The notes below the pieces were generated by a model, which saw nothing but the letters and a program-made list of their open reading frames with translations, searched no databases and was not told the DNA's origin. Position numbers and translations under genes: made by a program. From Auanema rhodensis (taxonomy: Eukaryota; Animalia; Nematoda): 64,000 bases of DNA. This document shows positions 11,801 to 26,800 of this stretch, in pieces. The stretch lies in contig OZ059898.1 of NCBI GenBank assembly GCA_964057225.1, positions 16,306,001 through 16,370,000 on the forward strand, written 5' to 3'. Each line of letters opens with the position of its first letter. Positions within the stretch are counted from its first letter, which is position 1.

Positions 11801-14800
11801 CTGGGATTACCGTATTTTGAGAATATTTAGAAGATAAATCAAGATGATAGTGGTTCAGAGGATAGTTTGGACAAGTCAAATCAAGGACTGGGATCCTACC
11901 TAGTATGCCTCTCACGGATTTTAAAAGTTTCTGGGATTACTGTATTTTGAGAATATTTAGAAGATAAATCAAGATGATAGTGGTTCAGAGGATAGTTTGG
12001 ACAAGTCAAATCAAGAACTGGGATCCTACGTAGTATGCCTCTCACGGATTTTAAAAGTTTCTGGGATTACTGTATTTTGAGAATATTTAGAAGATAAATC
12101 AAGATGATAGTGGTTCAGAGGATAGTTTGGACAAGTCAAACCAAGGACTGGGATCCTACCTAGTATGCCTCTCACGGATTTTAAAAGTTTCTGGGATTAC
12201 TGTATTTTGAGAATATTTAGAAGATAAATCAAGATGAAGTGGGTCAGATGATAGTTTGGACAAGTCAAATCAAGAACTGGGATCCTACCTAGTATGCCTC
12301 TCACGGATTTTAAAATTTTCTCGGATTACTGTATTTTGAGAATATTTAGAAGATAAATCAAGATGAAGTGGGTCAGATGATAGTTTGGACAAGTCAAATC
12401 AAGAACTGGGATCCTACCTAGTATGCCTCTCACGGATTTTAAAATTTTCTGGGATTACTGTATTTTGAGAATATTTAGAAGATAAATCAAGATGATAGTG
12501 GTTCAGAGGATAGTTTGGACAAGTCAAACCAAGGACTGGGATCCTACCTAGTATGCCTCTCACGGATTTTAAAAGTTTCTGGGATTACTGTTTTTTGAGA
12601 ATATTTAGAAGATAAATCAAGATGATAGTGGTTCAGAGGATAGTTTGGACAAGTCAAACCAAGGACTGGGATCCTACCTAGTATGCCTCTCACGGATTTT
12701 AAAATTTTCTGGGATTACCGTATTTTGAGAATATTTAGAAGATAAATCAAGATGAAGTGGGTCAGATGATAGTTTGGACAAGTCAAATCAAGAACTGGGA
12801 TCCTACCTAGTATGCCTCTCACGGATTTTAAAATTTTCTCGGATTACTGTATTTTGAGAATATTTAGAAGATAAATCAAGATGAAGTGGGTCAGATGATA
12901 GTTTGGACAAGTCAAATCAAGGACTGGGATCCTACCTAGTATGCCTCTCACGGATTTTAAAAGTTTCTGGGATTACTGTATTTTGAGAATATTTAGAAGA
13001 TAAATCAAGATGAAGTGGGTCAGATGATAGTTTGGACAAGTCAAATCAAGGACTGGGATCCTACCTAGTATGCCTCTCACGGATTTTAAAAGTTTCTGGG
13101 ATTACTGTATTTTGAGAATATTTAGAAGATAAATCAAGATGATAGTGGTTCAGAGGATAGTTTGGACAAGTCAAATCAAAAACTGGGATCCTACCTAGTA
13201 TGCCTCTCACGGATTTTAAAAGTTTCTGGGATTACTGTATTTTGAGAATATTTAGAAGATAAATCAAGATGAAGTGGGTCAGATGATAGTTTGGACAAGT
13301 CAAATCAAGGACTGGGATCCTACCTAGTATGCCTCTCACGGATTTTAAAAGTTTCTGGGATTACTGTATTTTGAGAATATTTAGAAGATAAATCAAGATG
13401 ATAGTGGTTCAGAGGATAGTTTGGACAAGTCAAATCAAAAACTGGGATCCTACCTAGTATGCCTCTCACGGATTTTAAAAGTTTCTGGGATTACTGTATT
13501 TTGAGAATATTTAGAAGATAAATCAAGATGAAGTGGGTCAGATGATAGTTTGGACAAGTCAAATCAAGGACTGGGATCCTACCTAGTATGCCTCTCACGG
13601 ATTTTAAAATTTTCTCGGATTACTGTATTTTGAGAATATTTAGAAGATAAATCAAGATGATAGTGGTTCAGAGGATAGTTTGGACAAGTCAAGTCAAGGA
13701 CTGGGATCCTACCTAGTATGCCTCTCACGGATTTTAAAATTTTCTCGGATTACTGTATTTTGAGAATATTTATAAGATAAATCAAGATGATAGTGGGTCA
13801 GATGATAGTTTGGACAAGTCAAATCAAGAACTGGGATCCTACCTAGTATGCCTCTCACGGATTTCAAATTTTTCTGGGTTTACTGTATTTTGAGAATATT
13901 TAGAAGATAAATCAAGATGATAGTGGTTCAGAGGATAGTTTGGACAAGTCAAATCAAGAACTGGGATCCTACCTAGTATGCCTCTCACGGATTTTTCAAA
14001 TTTTTCTGGGATTACTGTATTTTGAGAATATTTAGAAGATAAATCAAGATGATAGTGGTTCAGAGGATAGTTTGGACAAGTCAAGTCAAGGACTGGGATC
14101 TTACCTAGTATGCCTCTCACGGATTTTAAAATTTTCTGGGATTACTGTATTTTGAGAATATTTAGAAGATAAATCAAGATGATAGTGGTTCAGAGAATAG
14201 TTTGGACAAGTCAAATCAAGAACTGGGATCCTACCTAGTATGCCTCTCACGGATTTTTCAAATTTTTCTGGGATTACTGTATTTTGAGAATATTTAGAAG
14301 ATAAATCAAGATGATAGTGGTTCAGAGGATAGTTTGGACAAGTCAAGTCAAGGACTGGGATCCTACCTAGTATGCCTCTTACGGATTTTAAATTTTTCTG
14401 GGTTTACTGTATTTTGAGAATATTTAGAAGATAAATCAAGATGATAGTGGTTCAGAGAATATTTTGGACAAGTCAAATCAAGAACTGGGATCCTACCTAG
14501 TATGTCTCTCACGGATTTTAAATTTTTCTGGGATTACTGTATTTTGAGAATATTTAGAAGATAAATCAAGATGATAGTGGGTCAGATGATAGTTTGAACA
14601 AGTCAAATCAAGAACTGGGATCCTACCTAGTATGCCTCTCACGGATTTTAAATTTTTCTGGGATTACTGTATTTTGAGAATATTTAGAAGATAAATCAAG
14701 ATGATAGTGGGTCAGATGATAGTTTGAACAAGTCAAATCAAGAACTGGGATCCTACGTAGTATGCCTCTCACGGATTTTAAAATTTTCTGGGATTACTGT

Positions 14801-17800
14801 ATTTTGAGAATATTTAGAAGATAAATCAAGATGATAGTGGTTCAGAGAATAGTTTGGACAAGTCAAATCAAGAACTGGGATCCTACCTAGTATGCCTCTC
14901 ACGGATTTTAAAATTTTCTGGGATTACTGTATTTTGAGAATATTTAGAAGATAAATCAAGATGATAGTGGGTCAGATGATAGTTTGGACAAGTCAAATCA
15001 AGAACTGGGATCCTACGTAGTATGCCTCTCACGGATTTTAAATTTTTCTGGGATTACTGTATTTTGAGAATATTTAGAAGATAAATCAAGATGATAGTGG
15101 TTCAGAGGATAGTTTGGACAAGTCAAATCAAGGACTGGGATCCTACCTAGTATGCCTCTCACGGATTTTAAAATTTTCTCGGATTACTGTATTTTGAGAA
15201 TATTTAGAAGATAAATCAAGATGATAGTGGGTCAGATGATAGTTTGAACAAGTCAAATCAAGAACTGGGATCCTACGTAGTATGCCTCTCACGGATTTTA
15301 AAATTTTCTGGGATTACTGTATTTTGAGAATATTTAGAAGATAAATCAAGATGATAGTGGGTCAGATGATAGTTTGGACAAGTCAAATCAAGAACTGGGA
15401 TCCTACGTAGTATGCCTCTCACGGATTTTAAATTTTTCAGGGATTACTGTATTTTGAGAATATTTAGAAGATAAATCAAGATGATAGTGGTTCAGAGGAT
15501 AGTTTGGACAAGTCAAATCAAGGACTGGGATCCTACCTAGTATGCCTCTCACGGATTTTAAAATTTTCTCGGATTACTGTATTTTGAGAATATTTAGAAG
15601 ATAAATCAAGATGATAGTGGGTCAGATGATAGTTTGAACAAGTCAAATCAAGAACTGGGATCCTACGTAGTATGCCTCTCACGGATTTTAAAATTTTCTG
15701 GGATTACTGTATTTTGAGAATATTTAGAAGATAAATCAAGATGATAGTGGTTCAGAGGATAGTTTGGACAAGTCAAATCAAGAACTGGGATCCTACCTAG
15801 TATGCCTCTCACGGATTTTAAAATTTTCTGGGATTACTGTATTTTGAGAATATTTAGAAGATAAATCAAGATGATAGTGGGTCAGATGATAGTTTGGACA
15901 AGTCAAATCAAGAACTGGGATCCTACGTAGTATGCCTCTCACGGATTTTAAATTTTTCTCGGATTACTGTATTTTGAGAATATTTAGAAGATAAATCAAG
16001 ATGATAGTGGTTCAGAGGATAGTTTGGACAAGTCAAATCAAGGACTGGGATCCTACCTAGTATGCTTCTCAAGGATTTTGAAAATTTTCAGGGATTACTG
16101 TTTTTTGAGAATTTTTAGAACATAAATCAAGATGATAGTGGTTCAGAGAATAGTTTGGACAAGTCAAATCAAGAACTAGGATCCTACCTAGTATGCCTCT
16201 CACGGATTTTTAAAATTTTTCTGGGATTACTGTATTTTGAGAATATTTAGAAGATAAATCAAGATGATAGTGGTTCAGAGGATAGTTTGGACAAGTCAAA
16301 TCAAGAACTGGGATCCTACGTAGTATGCCTCTCACGGATTTTAAATTTTTCTGGGATTACTGTATTTTGAGAATATTTAGAAGATAAATCAAGATGATAG
16401 TGGTTCAGAGGATAGTTTGGACAAGTCAAATCAAGGACTGGGATCCTACCTAGTATGCCTCTCACGGATTTTAAAATTTTCTCGGATTACTGTATTTTGA
16501 GAATATTTAGAAGATAAATCAAGATGATAGTGGTTCAGAGGATAGTTTGGACAAGTCAAATCAAGGACTGGGATCCTACCTAGTATGCTTCTCAAGGATT
16601 TTGAAAATTTTCAGGGATTACTGTTTTTTGAGAATTTTTAGAACATAAATCAAGATGATAGTGGTTCAGAGAATAGTTTGGACAAGTCAAATCAAGAACT
16701 AGGATCCTACCTAGTATGCCTCTCACGGATTTTAAAATTTTTTGGGATTACTGTATTTTGAGAATATTTAGAAGATAAATCAAGATGATAGTGGGTCAGA
16801 TGATAGTTTGGACAAGTCAAGTCAAGGACTGGGATCCTACCTAGTATGCCTCTCACGGATTTTAAAATTTTTTGGGATTACTGTATTTTGAGAATATTTA
16901 GAAGATAAATCAAGATGATAGTGGTTCAGAGGATAGTTTGGACAAGTCAAGTCAAGGACTGGGATCCTACCTAGTATGCCTCTCACGGATTTTAAAATTT
17001 TCTCGGATTACTGTATTTTGAGAATATTTAGAAGATAAATCAAGATGATAGTGGTTCAGAGGATAGTTTGGACAAGTCAAGTCAAGGACTGGGATCCTAC
17101 CTAGTATGCCTCTCACGGATTTTAAAATTTTCTCGGATTACTGTATTTTGAGAATATTTAGAAGATAAATCAAGATGATAGTGGTTCAGAGGATAGTTTG
17201 GACAAGTCAAGTCAAGGACTGGGATCCTACCTAGTATGCCTCTCACGGATTTTAAAATTTTCTGGGATTACTGTATTTTGAGAATATTTAGAAGATAAAT
17301 CAAGATGATAGTGGTTCAGAGAATAGTTTGGACAAGTCAAATCAAGAACTGGGATCCTACCTAGTATGCCTCTCACGGATTTTTCAAATTTTTCTAGGAT
17401 TACTGTATTTTGAGAATATTTAGAAGATAAATCAAGATGATAGTGGTTCAGAGGATAGTTTGGACAAGTCAAGTCAAGGACTGGGATCCTACCTAGTATG
17501 CCTCTTACGGATTTTAAATTTTTCTGGGTTTACTGTATTTTGAGAATATTTAGAAGATAAATCAAGATGATAGTGGTTCAGAGAATATTTTGGACAAGTC
17601 AAATCAAGAACTGGGATCCTACCTAGTATGCCTCTCACGGATTTTAAATTTTTCTGGGATTACTGTATTTTGAGAATATTTAGAAGATAAATCAAGATGA
17701 TAGTGGTTCAGAGAATATTTTGGACAAGTCAAATCAAGAACTGGGATCCTACCTAGTATGCCTCTCACGGATTTTAAATTTTTCTGGGATTACTGTATTT

Positions 17801-20800
17801 TGAGAATATTTAGAAGATAAATCAAGATGATAGTGGTTCAGCTGATAGTTTGGACAAGTCAAATCAAGAACTGGGATCCTACCTAGTATGCCTCTCACGG
17901 ATTTTAAATTTTTCTGGGATTACTGTATTTTAAGAATATTTAGAAGATGAATCAAGATGATAGTGGTTCAGAGAATAGTTTGGACAAGTCAAATCAAGAA
18001 CTGGGATCCTACCTAGTATGCCTCTCACGGATTTTAAATTTTTCTGGGATTACTGTATTTTGAGAATATTTAGAAGATAAATCAAGATGATAGTGGTTCA
18101 GAGAATAGTTTGGACAAGTCAAATCAAGAACTGGGATCCTACCTAGTATGTCTCTCACGGATTTTAAAATTTTTCTTTGTTTACTGTATTTTGAGAATAT
18201 TTAGAAGATAAATCAAGATGATAGTGGGTTAGATGATAGTTTGGACAAGTCAAATCAAGAACTGGGATCCTACCTAGTATGCCTCTCACGGATTTTAAAT
18301 TTTTCTGGGATTACTGTATTTTGAGAATATTTAGAAGATAAATCAAGATGATAGTGGGTCAGATGATAGTTTGAACAAGTCAAATCAAGAACTGGGATCC
18401 TACCTAGTATGCCTCTCACGGATTTTAAATTTTTCTGGGATTACTGTATTTTAAGAATATTTAGAAGATAAATCAATATCATAGTGGTTCAGAGAATAGT
18501 TTGGACAAGTCAAATCAAGAACTGGGATCCTACCTAGTATGCCTCTCACGGATTTTAAATTTTTCTGGGATTACTGTATTTTGAGAATATTTAGAAGATA
18601 AATCAAGATGATAGTGGTTCAGAGAATAGTTTGGACAAGTCAAATCAAGAACTGGGATCCTACCTAGTATGTCTCTCACGGATTTTAAATTTTTCTGGGA
18701 TTACTGTATTTTGAGAATATTTAGAAGATAAATCAAGATGATAGTGGTTCAGAGAATAGTTTGGACAAGTCAAATCAAGAACTGGGATCCTACCTAGTAT
18801 GCCTCTCACGGATTTAAAATTTTTCTGGGATTACTGTATTTTGAGAATATTTAGAAGATAAATCAAGATGATAGTGGGTTAGATGATAGTTTGGACAAGT
18901 CAAATCAAGAACTGGGATCCTACCTAGTATGCCTCTCACGGATTTTAAATTTTTCTGGGATTACTGTATTTTGAGAATATTTAGAAGATAAATCAAGATG
19001 ATAGTGGGTCAGATGATAGTTTGAACAAGTCAAATCAAGAACTGGGATCCTACGTAGTATGCCTCTCACGGATTTTTAATTTTTCTGGGATTACTGTATT
19101 TTGAGAATATTTAGAAGATAAATCAAGATGATAGTGGGTCAGATGATAGTTTGAACAAGTCAAATCAAGAACTGGGATCCTACCTAGTATGCCTCTCACG
19201 GATTTTAAATTTTTCTGGGATTACTGTATTTTAAGAATATTTAGAAGATAAATGAATATGATAGTGGTTCAGAGAATAGTTTGGACAAGTCAAATCAAGA
19301 ACTGGGATCCTACCTAGTATGTCTCTCACGGATTTTAAAATTTTCTGGGATTACTGTATTTTGAGAATATTTAGAAGATAAATCAAGATGATAGTGGGTC
19401 AGATGATAGTTTGAACAAGTCAAATCAAGAACTGGGATCCTACGTAGTATGCCTCTCACGGATTTTAAATTTTTCTGGGATTACTGTATTTTGAGAATAT
19501 TTAGAAGATAAATCAAGATGATAGTGGTTCAGAGGATAGTTTGGACAAGTCAAATCAAGGACTGGGATCCTACCTAGTATGCCTCTCACGGATTTTAAAA
19601 TTTTTTCGGATTACTGTATTTTGAGAATATTTAGAAGATAAATCAAGATGATAGTGGTTCAGAGGATAGTTTGGACAAGTCAAATCAAGGACTGGGATCC
19701 TACCTAGTATGCTTCTCAAGGATTTTGAAAATTTTTCTGGGATTACTGTATTTTGAGAATATTTAGAAGATAAATCAAGATGATAGTGGTTCAGAGGATA
19801 GTTTGGACAAGTCAAGTCAAGGACTGGGATCCTACCTAGTATGCCTCTCACGGATTTTAAAATTTTCTCGGATTACTGTATTTTGAGAATTTTTAGAAGA
19901 TAAATCAAGATGATAGTGGTTTAGAGGATAGTTTGGACAAGTCAAATCAAGGACTGGGATCCTACCTAGTATGCTTCTCAAGGATTTGAAAATTTTCTGG
20001 GATTACTGTATTTTGAGAATATTTAGAAGATAAATCAAGATGATAGTGGTTCAGAGGACAGTTTGAACAAGTCCAATCAAGAACTGGGTTTCTACCTAGT
20101 ATGCTTCTCAAGGATTTTAAAATTTTCTGGGATTACTGTATTTTGAGAATATTTAGAAGATAAATCAAGATGATAGTGGTTCAGAGGACAGTTTGAACAA
20201 GTCAAATCAAGGACTGGGATTCTACCTAGTATGCTTCTCAAGGATTTTGAAAATTTTCAGGGATTACTGTATTTTGAGAATATTTAGAAGATAAATCAAG
20301 ATGATAGTGGTTCAGAGGACAGTTTGAACAAGTCCAATCAAGAACTGGGTTTCTACCTAGTATGCTTCTCAAGGATTTTAAAATTTTCTGGGATTACTGT
20401 ATTTTGAGAATATCTAGAAGATAAATCAAGATGATAGTGGTTCAGAGGATAGTTTGGACAAGTCAAGTCAAGAACTGGGATCCTACCTAGTATGCCTCTC
20501 ACGGATTTTAAAATTTTCTGGGATTACTGTATTTTGAGAATATTTAGAAGATAAATCAAGATGATAGTGGTTCAGAGGATAGTTTGGACAAGTCAAGTCA
20601 AGAACTGGGATCCTACCTAGTATGCCTCTCACGGATTTTAAAATTTTCTGGGATTACTGTATTTTGAGAATATCTAGAAGATAAATCAAGATGATAGTGG
20701 TTCAGAGGATAGTTTGGACAAGTCAAGTCAAGAACTGGGATCCTACCTAGTACGCCTCTCACGGATTTTAAAATTTTCTGGGATTACTGTATTTTGAGAT

Positions 20801-23800
20801 TATCTAGAAGATAAATCAAGATGATAGTCGTTCAGAGGATAGTTTGGACAAGTCAAGTCAAGAACTGGGATCCTACCTAGTATGCCTCTCACGGATTTTA
20901 AAATTTTCTGGGATTACTGTATTTTGAGAATATTTAGAAGATAAATCAAGATGATAGTGGTTCAGAGGATAGTTTGGACAAGTCAAGTCAAGAACTGGGA
21001 TCCTACCTAGTATGCCTCTCACGGATTTTAAAATTTTCTGGGATTACTGTATTTTGAGAATATTTAGAAGATAAATCAAGATGATAGTGGTTCAGAGGAT
21101 AGTTTGGACAAGTCAAGTCAAGAACTGGGATCCTACCTAGTATGCCTCTCACGGATTTTAAAATTTTCTGGGATTACTGTATTTTGAGAATATTTAGAAG
21201 ATAAATCAAGATGATAGTGGTTCAGAGGATAGTTTGGACAAGTCAAGTCAAGAACTGGGATCCTACCTAGTATGCCTCTCACGGATTTTAAAATTTTCTG
21301 GGATTACTGTATTTTGAGAATATTTAGAAGAAAAATCAAGATGATAGTGGTTCAGAGGATAGTTTGGACAAGTCAAGTCAAGAACTGGGATCCTACCTAG
21401 TATGCCTCTCACGGATTTTAAAATTTTCTGGGATTACTGTATTTTGAGAATATTTAGAAGATAAATCAAGATGATAGTGGTTCAGAGGATAGTTTGGACA
21501 AGTCAAATCAAGAACTGGGATTCTACCTAGTATGCCTCTCACGGATTTTAAAATTTTCTGGGATTACTGTATTTTGAGAATATTTAGAAGAAAAATCAAG
21601 ATGATAGTGGTTCAGAGGATAGTTTGGACAAGTCAAATCAAGAACTGGGATTCTACCTAGTATGCCTCTCACGGATTTTAAAATTTTCTGGGATTACTGT
21701 ATTTTGAGAATATTTAGAAGATAAATCAAGATGATAGTGGTTCAGAGGATAGTTTGGACAAGTCAAGTCAAGGACTGGGATCCTACCTAGTATGCCTCTC
21801 ATGGATTTTAAAATTTTCTCGGATTACTGTATTTTGAGAATATTTAGAAGATAAATCAAGATGATAGTGGTTCAGAGGATAGTTTGGACAAGTCAAGTCA
21901 AGGACTGGGATCCTACCTAGTATGCCTCTCATGGATTTTAAAATTTTCTGGGATTACTGTATTTTGAGAATATTTAGAAGATAAATCAAGATGATAGTGG
22001 TTCAGAGGATAGTTTGGACAAGTCAAGTCAAGGACTGGGATCCTACCTAGTATGCCTCTCATGGATTTTAAAATTTTCTCGGATTACTGTATTTTGAGAA
22101 TATTTAGAAGATAAATCAAGATGATGGTGGTTTAGAGGATAGTTTGGACAAGTCAAATCAACAACTGGGCTCCTACCTAGTATGCCTCTCACGGATTTTA
22201 AAATTTTCAGGGATTACTGTATTTTGAGAATATTTAGAAGATAAATCAAGATGATAGTGGTTCAGAGGATAGTTTGGACAAGTCAAGTCAAGGACTGGGA
22301 TCCTACCTAGTATGCCTCTCATGGATTTTAAAATTTTCTCGGATTACTGTATTTTGAGAATATTTAGAAGATAAATCAAGATGATAGTGGTTTACAGGAT
22401 AGTTTGGACAAGTCAAATCAAGGACAGGGATCCTACCTAGTATGCCTCTCATGGATTTTAAAATTTTCTGGGATTACTGTATTTTGAGAATATTTAGAAG
22501 ATAAATCAAGATGATAGTGGTTCAGAGGATAGTTTGGACAAGTCAAGTCAAGGACTGGGATCCTACCTAGTATGCCTCTCATGGATTTTAAAATTTTCTC
22601 GGATTACTGTATTTTGAGAATATTTAGAAGATAAATCAAGATGATAGTGGTTTAGAGGATAGTTTGGACAAGTCAAATCAACAACTGGGCTCCTACCTAG
22701 TATGCCTCTCATGGATTTTAAAGTTTTCTGGGATTACTGTATTTTGAGAATATTTAGAAGATAAATCAAGATGATAGTGGTTCAGAGGATAGTTTGGACA
22801 AGTCAAGTGAAGGACTGGGATCCTACCTAGTATGCCTCTCACGGATTTTAAAATTTTCTCGGATTACTGTATTTTGAGAATATTTAGAAGATAAATCAAG
22901 ATGATAGTGGTTCAGAGGATAGTTTGGACAAGTCAAATCAAGGACTGGGATCCTACCTAGTATGCCTCTCACGGATTTTAAAATTTTCTCGGATTACTGT
23001 ATTTTGAGAATATCTAGAAGATAAATCAAGATGATAGTGGTTCACAGGATGGTTTGCACAAGTCAAATCAAGGACTGGGATTCTACCTAGTATGCCTCTC
23101 GAGGATTTTTAAATTTTCTCGGATTACTGTATTTTGAGAATATTTAGAAGATAAATCAAGATGATAGTGGTTCACAGGATGGTTTGGACAAGTCAAATCA
23201 AGAACTGGGATCCTACCTAGTATGCCTCTCACGGATTTTAAAATTTTCTGGGATTACTGTATTTTGAGAATATTTAGAAGATAAATCAAGATGATAGTGG
23301 TTTAGAGGATAGTTTGGACTAGTCAAATCAAGGACTGGGATCCTACCTAGTATGCCTCTCACGGATTTTAAAATTTTCTCGGATTACTGTATTTTGAGAA
23401 TATCTAGAAGATAAATCAAGATGATAGTGGTTCACAGGATGGTTTGCACAAGTCAAATCAAGAACTGGGATCCTACCTAGTATGCCTCTCACGGATTTTA
23501 AAACTTTTCTGGGTTTACTGTATTTTGAGAATATTTACAAGATAAATCAAGATGATAGTGGTTCAGAGGATAGTTTGGACAAGTCAAATCAAGAACTGGG
23601 ATCCTACCTAGTATGCCTCTCACGGATTTTGAAATTTTCTGGGATTACTGTATTTTGAGAATATTTAGAAGATAAATCAAGATGGTAGTGGTTCAGAGGA
23701 TAGTTTGGACAAGTCAAATCAAGGACTGGGATTCTACCTAGTATGCCTCTCAAGGATTTTAAATTTTTTTCGGATTACTGTATTTTAAGAAATTTTAAAA

Positions 23801-26800
23801 GGTAAATCAAGATGATAGTGGTTTAGAGGATAGTTTGGACAAGTCAAATCAAGGACTGGGATCCTACCTAGTATGCCTCTCACGGATTTTAAAATTTTCT
23901 GGGATTACTGTATTTTGAGAATGTTTAGAAGATAAATCAAGATGATAGTAGTTCAGAGGATAGTTTGGACAAGTCAAATCAAGGACTGGGATCCTACCTA
24001 GTATGCCTCTCACGGATTTTAAATTTTTTTCGGATTACTGTATTTTGAGAATATTTAGAAGATAAATCAAGATGATAGTAGTTCAGAGGATAGTTTGGAC
24101 AAGTCAAATCAAGGACTGGGATCCTACCTAGTATGCCTCTCACGGATTTTAAAATTTTCTGGGATTACTGTATTTTGAGAATATTTAGAAGATAAATCAA
24201 GATGATAGTGGTTCAGAGGATAGTTTGGACAAGTCAAATCAAGGACTGGGATTCTACCTAGTATGCCTCTCGAGGATTTTGAAATTTCCTGGGATTACTG
24301 TATTTTGAGAATATTTACAAGATAAATCAAGATGATAGTGGTTCAGAGGATAGTTTGGACAAGTCAAATCAAGAACTGGGATCCTACCTAGTATGCCTCT
24401 CACGGATTTTGAAATTTTCTGGGATTACTGTATTTTGAGAATATTTACAAGATAAATCAAGATGATAGTGGTTCAGAGGATAGTTTGGACAAGTCAAATC
24501 AAGGACTGGGATCCTACCTAGTATGCCTCTCACGGATTTTAAAAGTTTCTGGGATTACTGTATTTTGAGAATATTTAGAAGATAAATCAAGATGATAGTG
24601 GTTCAGAGGATAGTTTGGACAAGTCAGTCAAGGACTGGGATCCTACCTAGTATGCCTCTCACGGATTTTGAAATTTTCTGGGATTACTGTATTTTGAGAA
24701 TATTTACAAGATAAATCAAGATGATAGTGGTTCAGAGGATAGTTTGGACAAGTCAAATCAAGGACTGGGATCCTACCTAGTATGCCTCTCACGGATTTTG
24801 AAATTTTCTGGGATTACTGTATTTTGAGAATATTTAGAAGATAAATCAAGATGATAGTGGTTCAGAGGATAGTTTGGACAAGTCAAATCAAGAACTGGGA
24901 TCCTACCTAGTATGCCTCTCACGGATTTTGAAATTTTCTGGGATTACTGTATTTTGAGAATATTTAGAAGATAAATCAAGATGATAGTGGTTCAGAGGAT
25001 AGTTTGGACAAGTCAAATCAAGAACTGGGATCCTACCTAGTATGCCTCTCACGGATTTTAAAACTTTTCTGGGATTACTGTATTTTGAGAATATTTACAA
25101 GATAAATCAAGATGATAGTGGTTCAGAGGATAGTTTGGACAAGTCAAATCAAGGACTGGGATCCTACCTAGTATGCCTCTCACGGATTTTGAAATTTCCT
25201 GGGATTACTGTATTTTGAGAATATTTACAAGATAAATCAAGATGATAGTGGTTCAGAGGATAGTTTGGACAAGTCAAATCAAGAACTGGGATCCTACCTA
25301 GTATGCCTCTCACGGATTTTGAAATTTTCTGGGATTACTGTATTTTGAGAATATTTAGAAGATAAATCAAGATGATAGTGGTTTAGAGGATAGTTTGAAA
25401 AAGTCAAATGAAGGACTGGGATCCTACCTAGTATGCCTCTCACGGATTTTGAAATTTTCTGGGATTACTGTATTTTGAGAATATTTACAAGATAAATCAA
25501 GATGATAGTGGTTCAGAGGATAGTTTGGACAAGTCAAATCAAGGACTGGGATCCTACCTAGTATGCCTCTCACGGATTTTAAAAGTTTCTGGGATTACTG
25601 TATTTTGAGAATATTTAGAAGATAAATCAAGATGATAGTGGTTCAGAGGATAGTTTGGACAAGTCAGTCAAGGACTGGGATCCTACCTAGTATGCCTCTC
25701 ACGGATTTTAAAAGTTTCTGGGATTACTGTATTTTGAGAATATTTAGAAGATAAATCAAGATGATAGTGGTTCAGAGGATAGTTTGGACAAGTCAGTCAA
25801 GGACTGGGATCCTACCTAGTATGCCTCTCACGGATTTTAAAAGTTTCTGGGATTACTGTATTTTGAGAATTTTTAGAAGATAAATCAAAATGATAGTGGT
25901 TTAGAGGATAGTTTGGACAAGTCAAATCAAGAACTGGGATCCTACCTAGTATGCCTCTCACGGATTTTAAAATTTTCTGGGATTACTGTATTTTGAGAAT
26001 ATTTAGAAGATAAATCAAGATGATAGTGGTTCAGAGGATAGTTTGGACAAGTCAAATCAAGAACTGAGATTCTACCTAGTATGCCTCTCACGGATTTTAA
26101 AATTTTCTGGGATTACTGTATTTTGAGAATATTTAGAAGATAAATCAAAATGATAGTGGTTTAGAGGATAGTTTGGACAAGTCAAATCAAGAACTGAGAT
26201 TCTACCTAGTATGCCTCTCACGGATTTTAAAAGTTTCTGGGATTACTGTATTTTGAGAATATTTAGAAGATAAATCAAAATGATAGTGGTTCAGAGGATA
26301 GTTTGGACAAGTCAGTCAAGGACTGGGATCCTACCTAGTATGCCTCTCACGGATTTTAAAAGTTTCTGGGATTACTGTATTTTGAGAATATTTAGAAGAT
26401 AAATCAAGATGATAGTGGTTTAGAGGATAGTTTGGACAAGTCAAATCAAGAACTGAGATTCTACCTAGTATGCCTCTCACGGATTTTAAAAGTTTCTGGG
26501 ATTACTGTATTTTGAGAATATTTAGAAGATAAATCAAAATGATAGTGGTTCAGAGGATAGTTTGGACAAGTCAAATCAAGAACTGAGATTCTACCTAGTA
26601 TGCCTCTCACGGATTTTAAAAGTTTTTGGGATTACTGTATTTTGAGAATATTTAGAAGATAAATCAAGATGATAGTGGTTTAGAGGATAGTTTGGACAAG
26701 TCAAATCAAGAACTGAGATTCTACCTAGTATGCCTCTCACGGATTTTAAAAGTTTCTGGGATTACTGTATTTTGAGAATATTTAGAAGATAAATCAAGAT

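Noticed and set aside
2916-19851. Minus-strand ORFs with the repeated 44-aa unit RGILGRIPVLDLTCPNYPLNHYHLDLSSKYSQNTV...
   Set aside because: They appear only where a +2 homopolymer variant makes the monomer 132 bp. Ordinary 130-bp units frameshift to a stop, and most starts are non-ATG. They are a by-product of the repeat.
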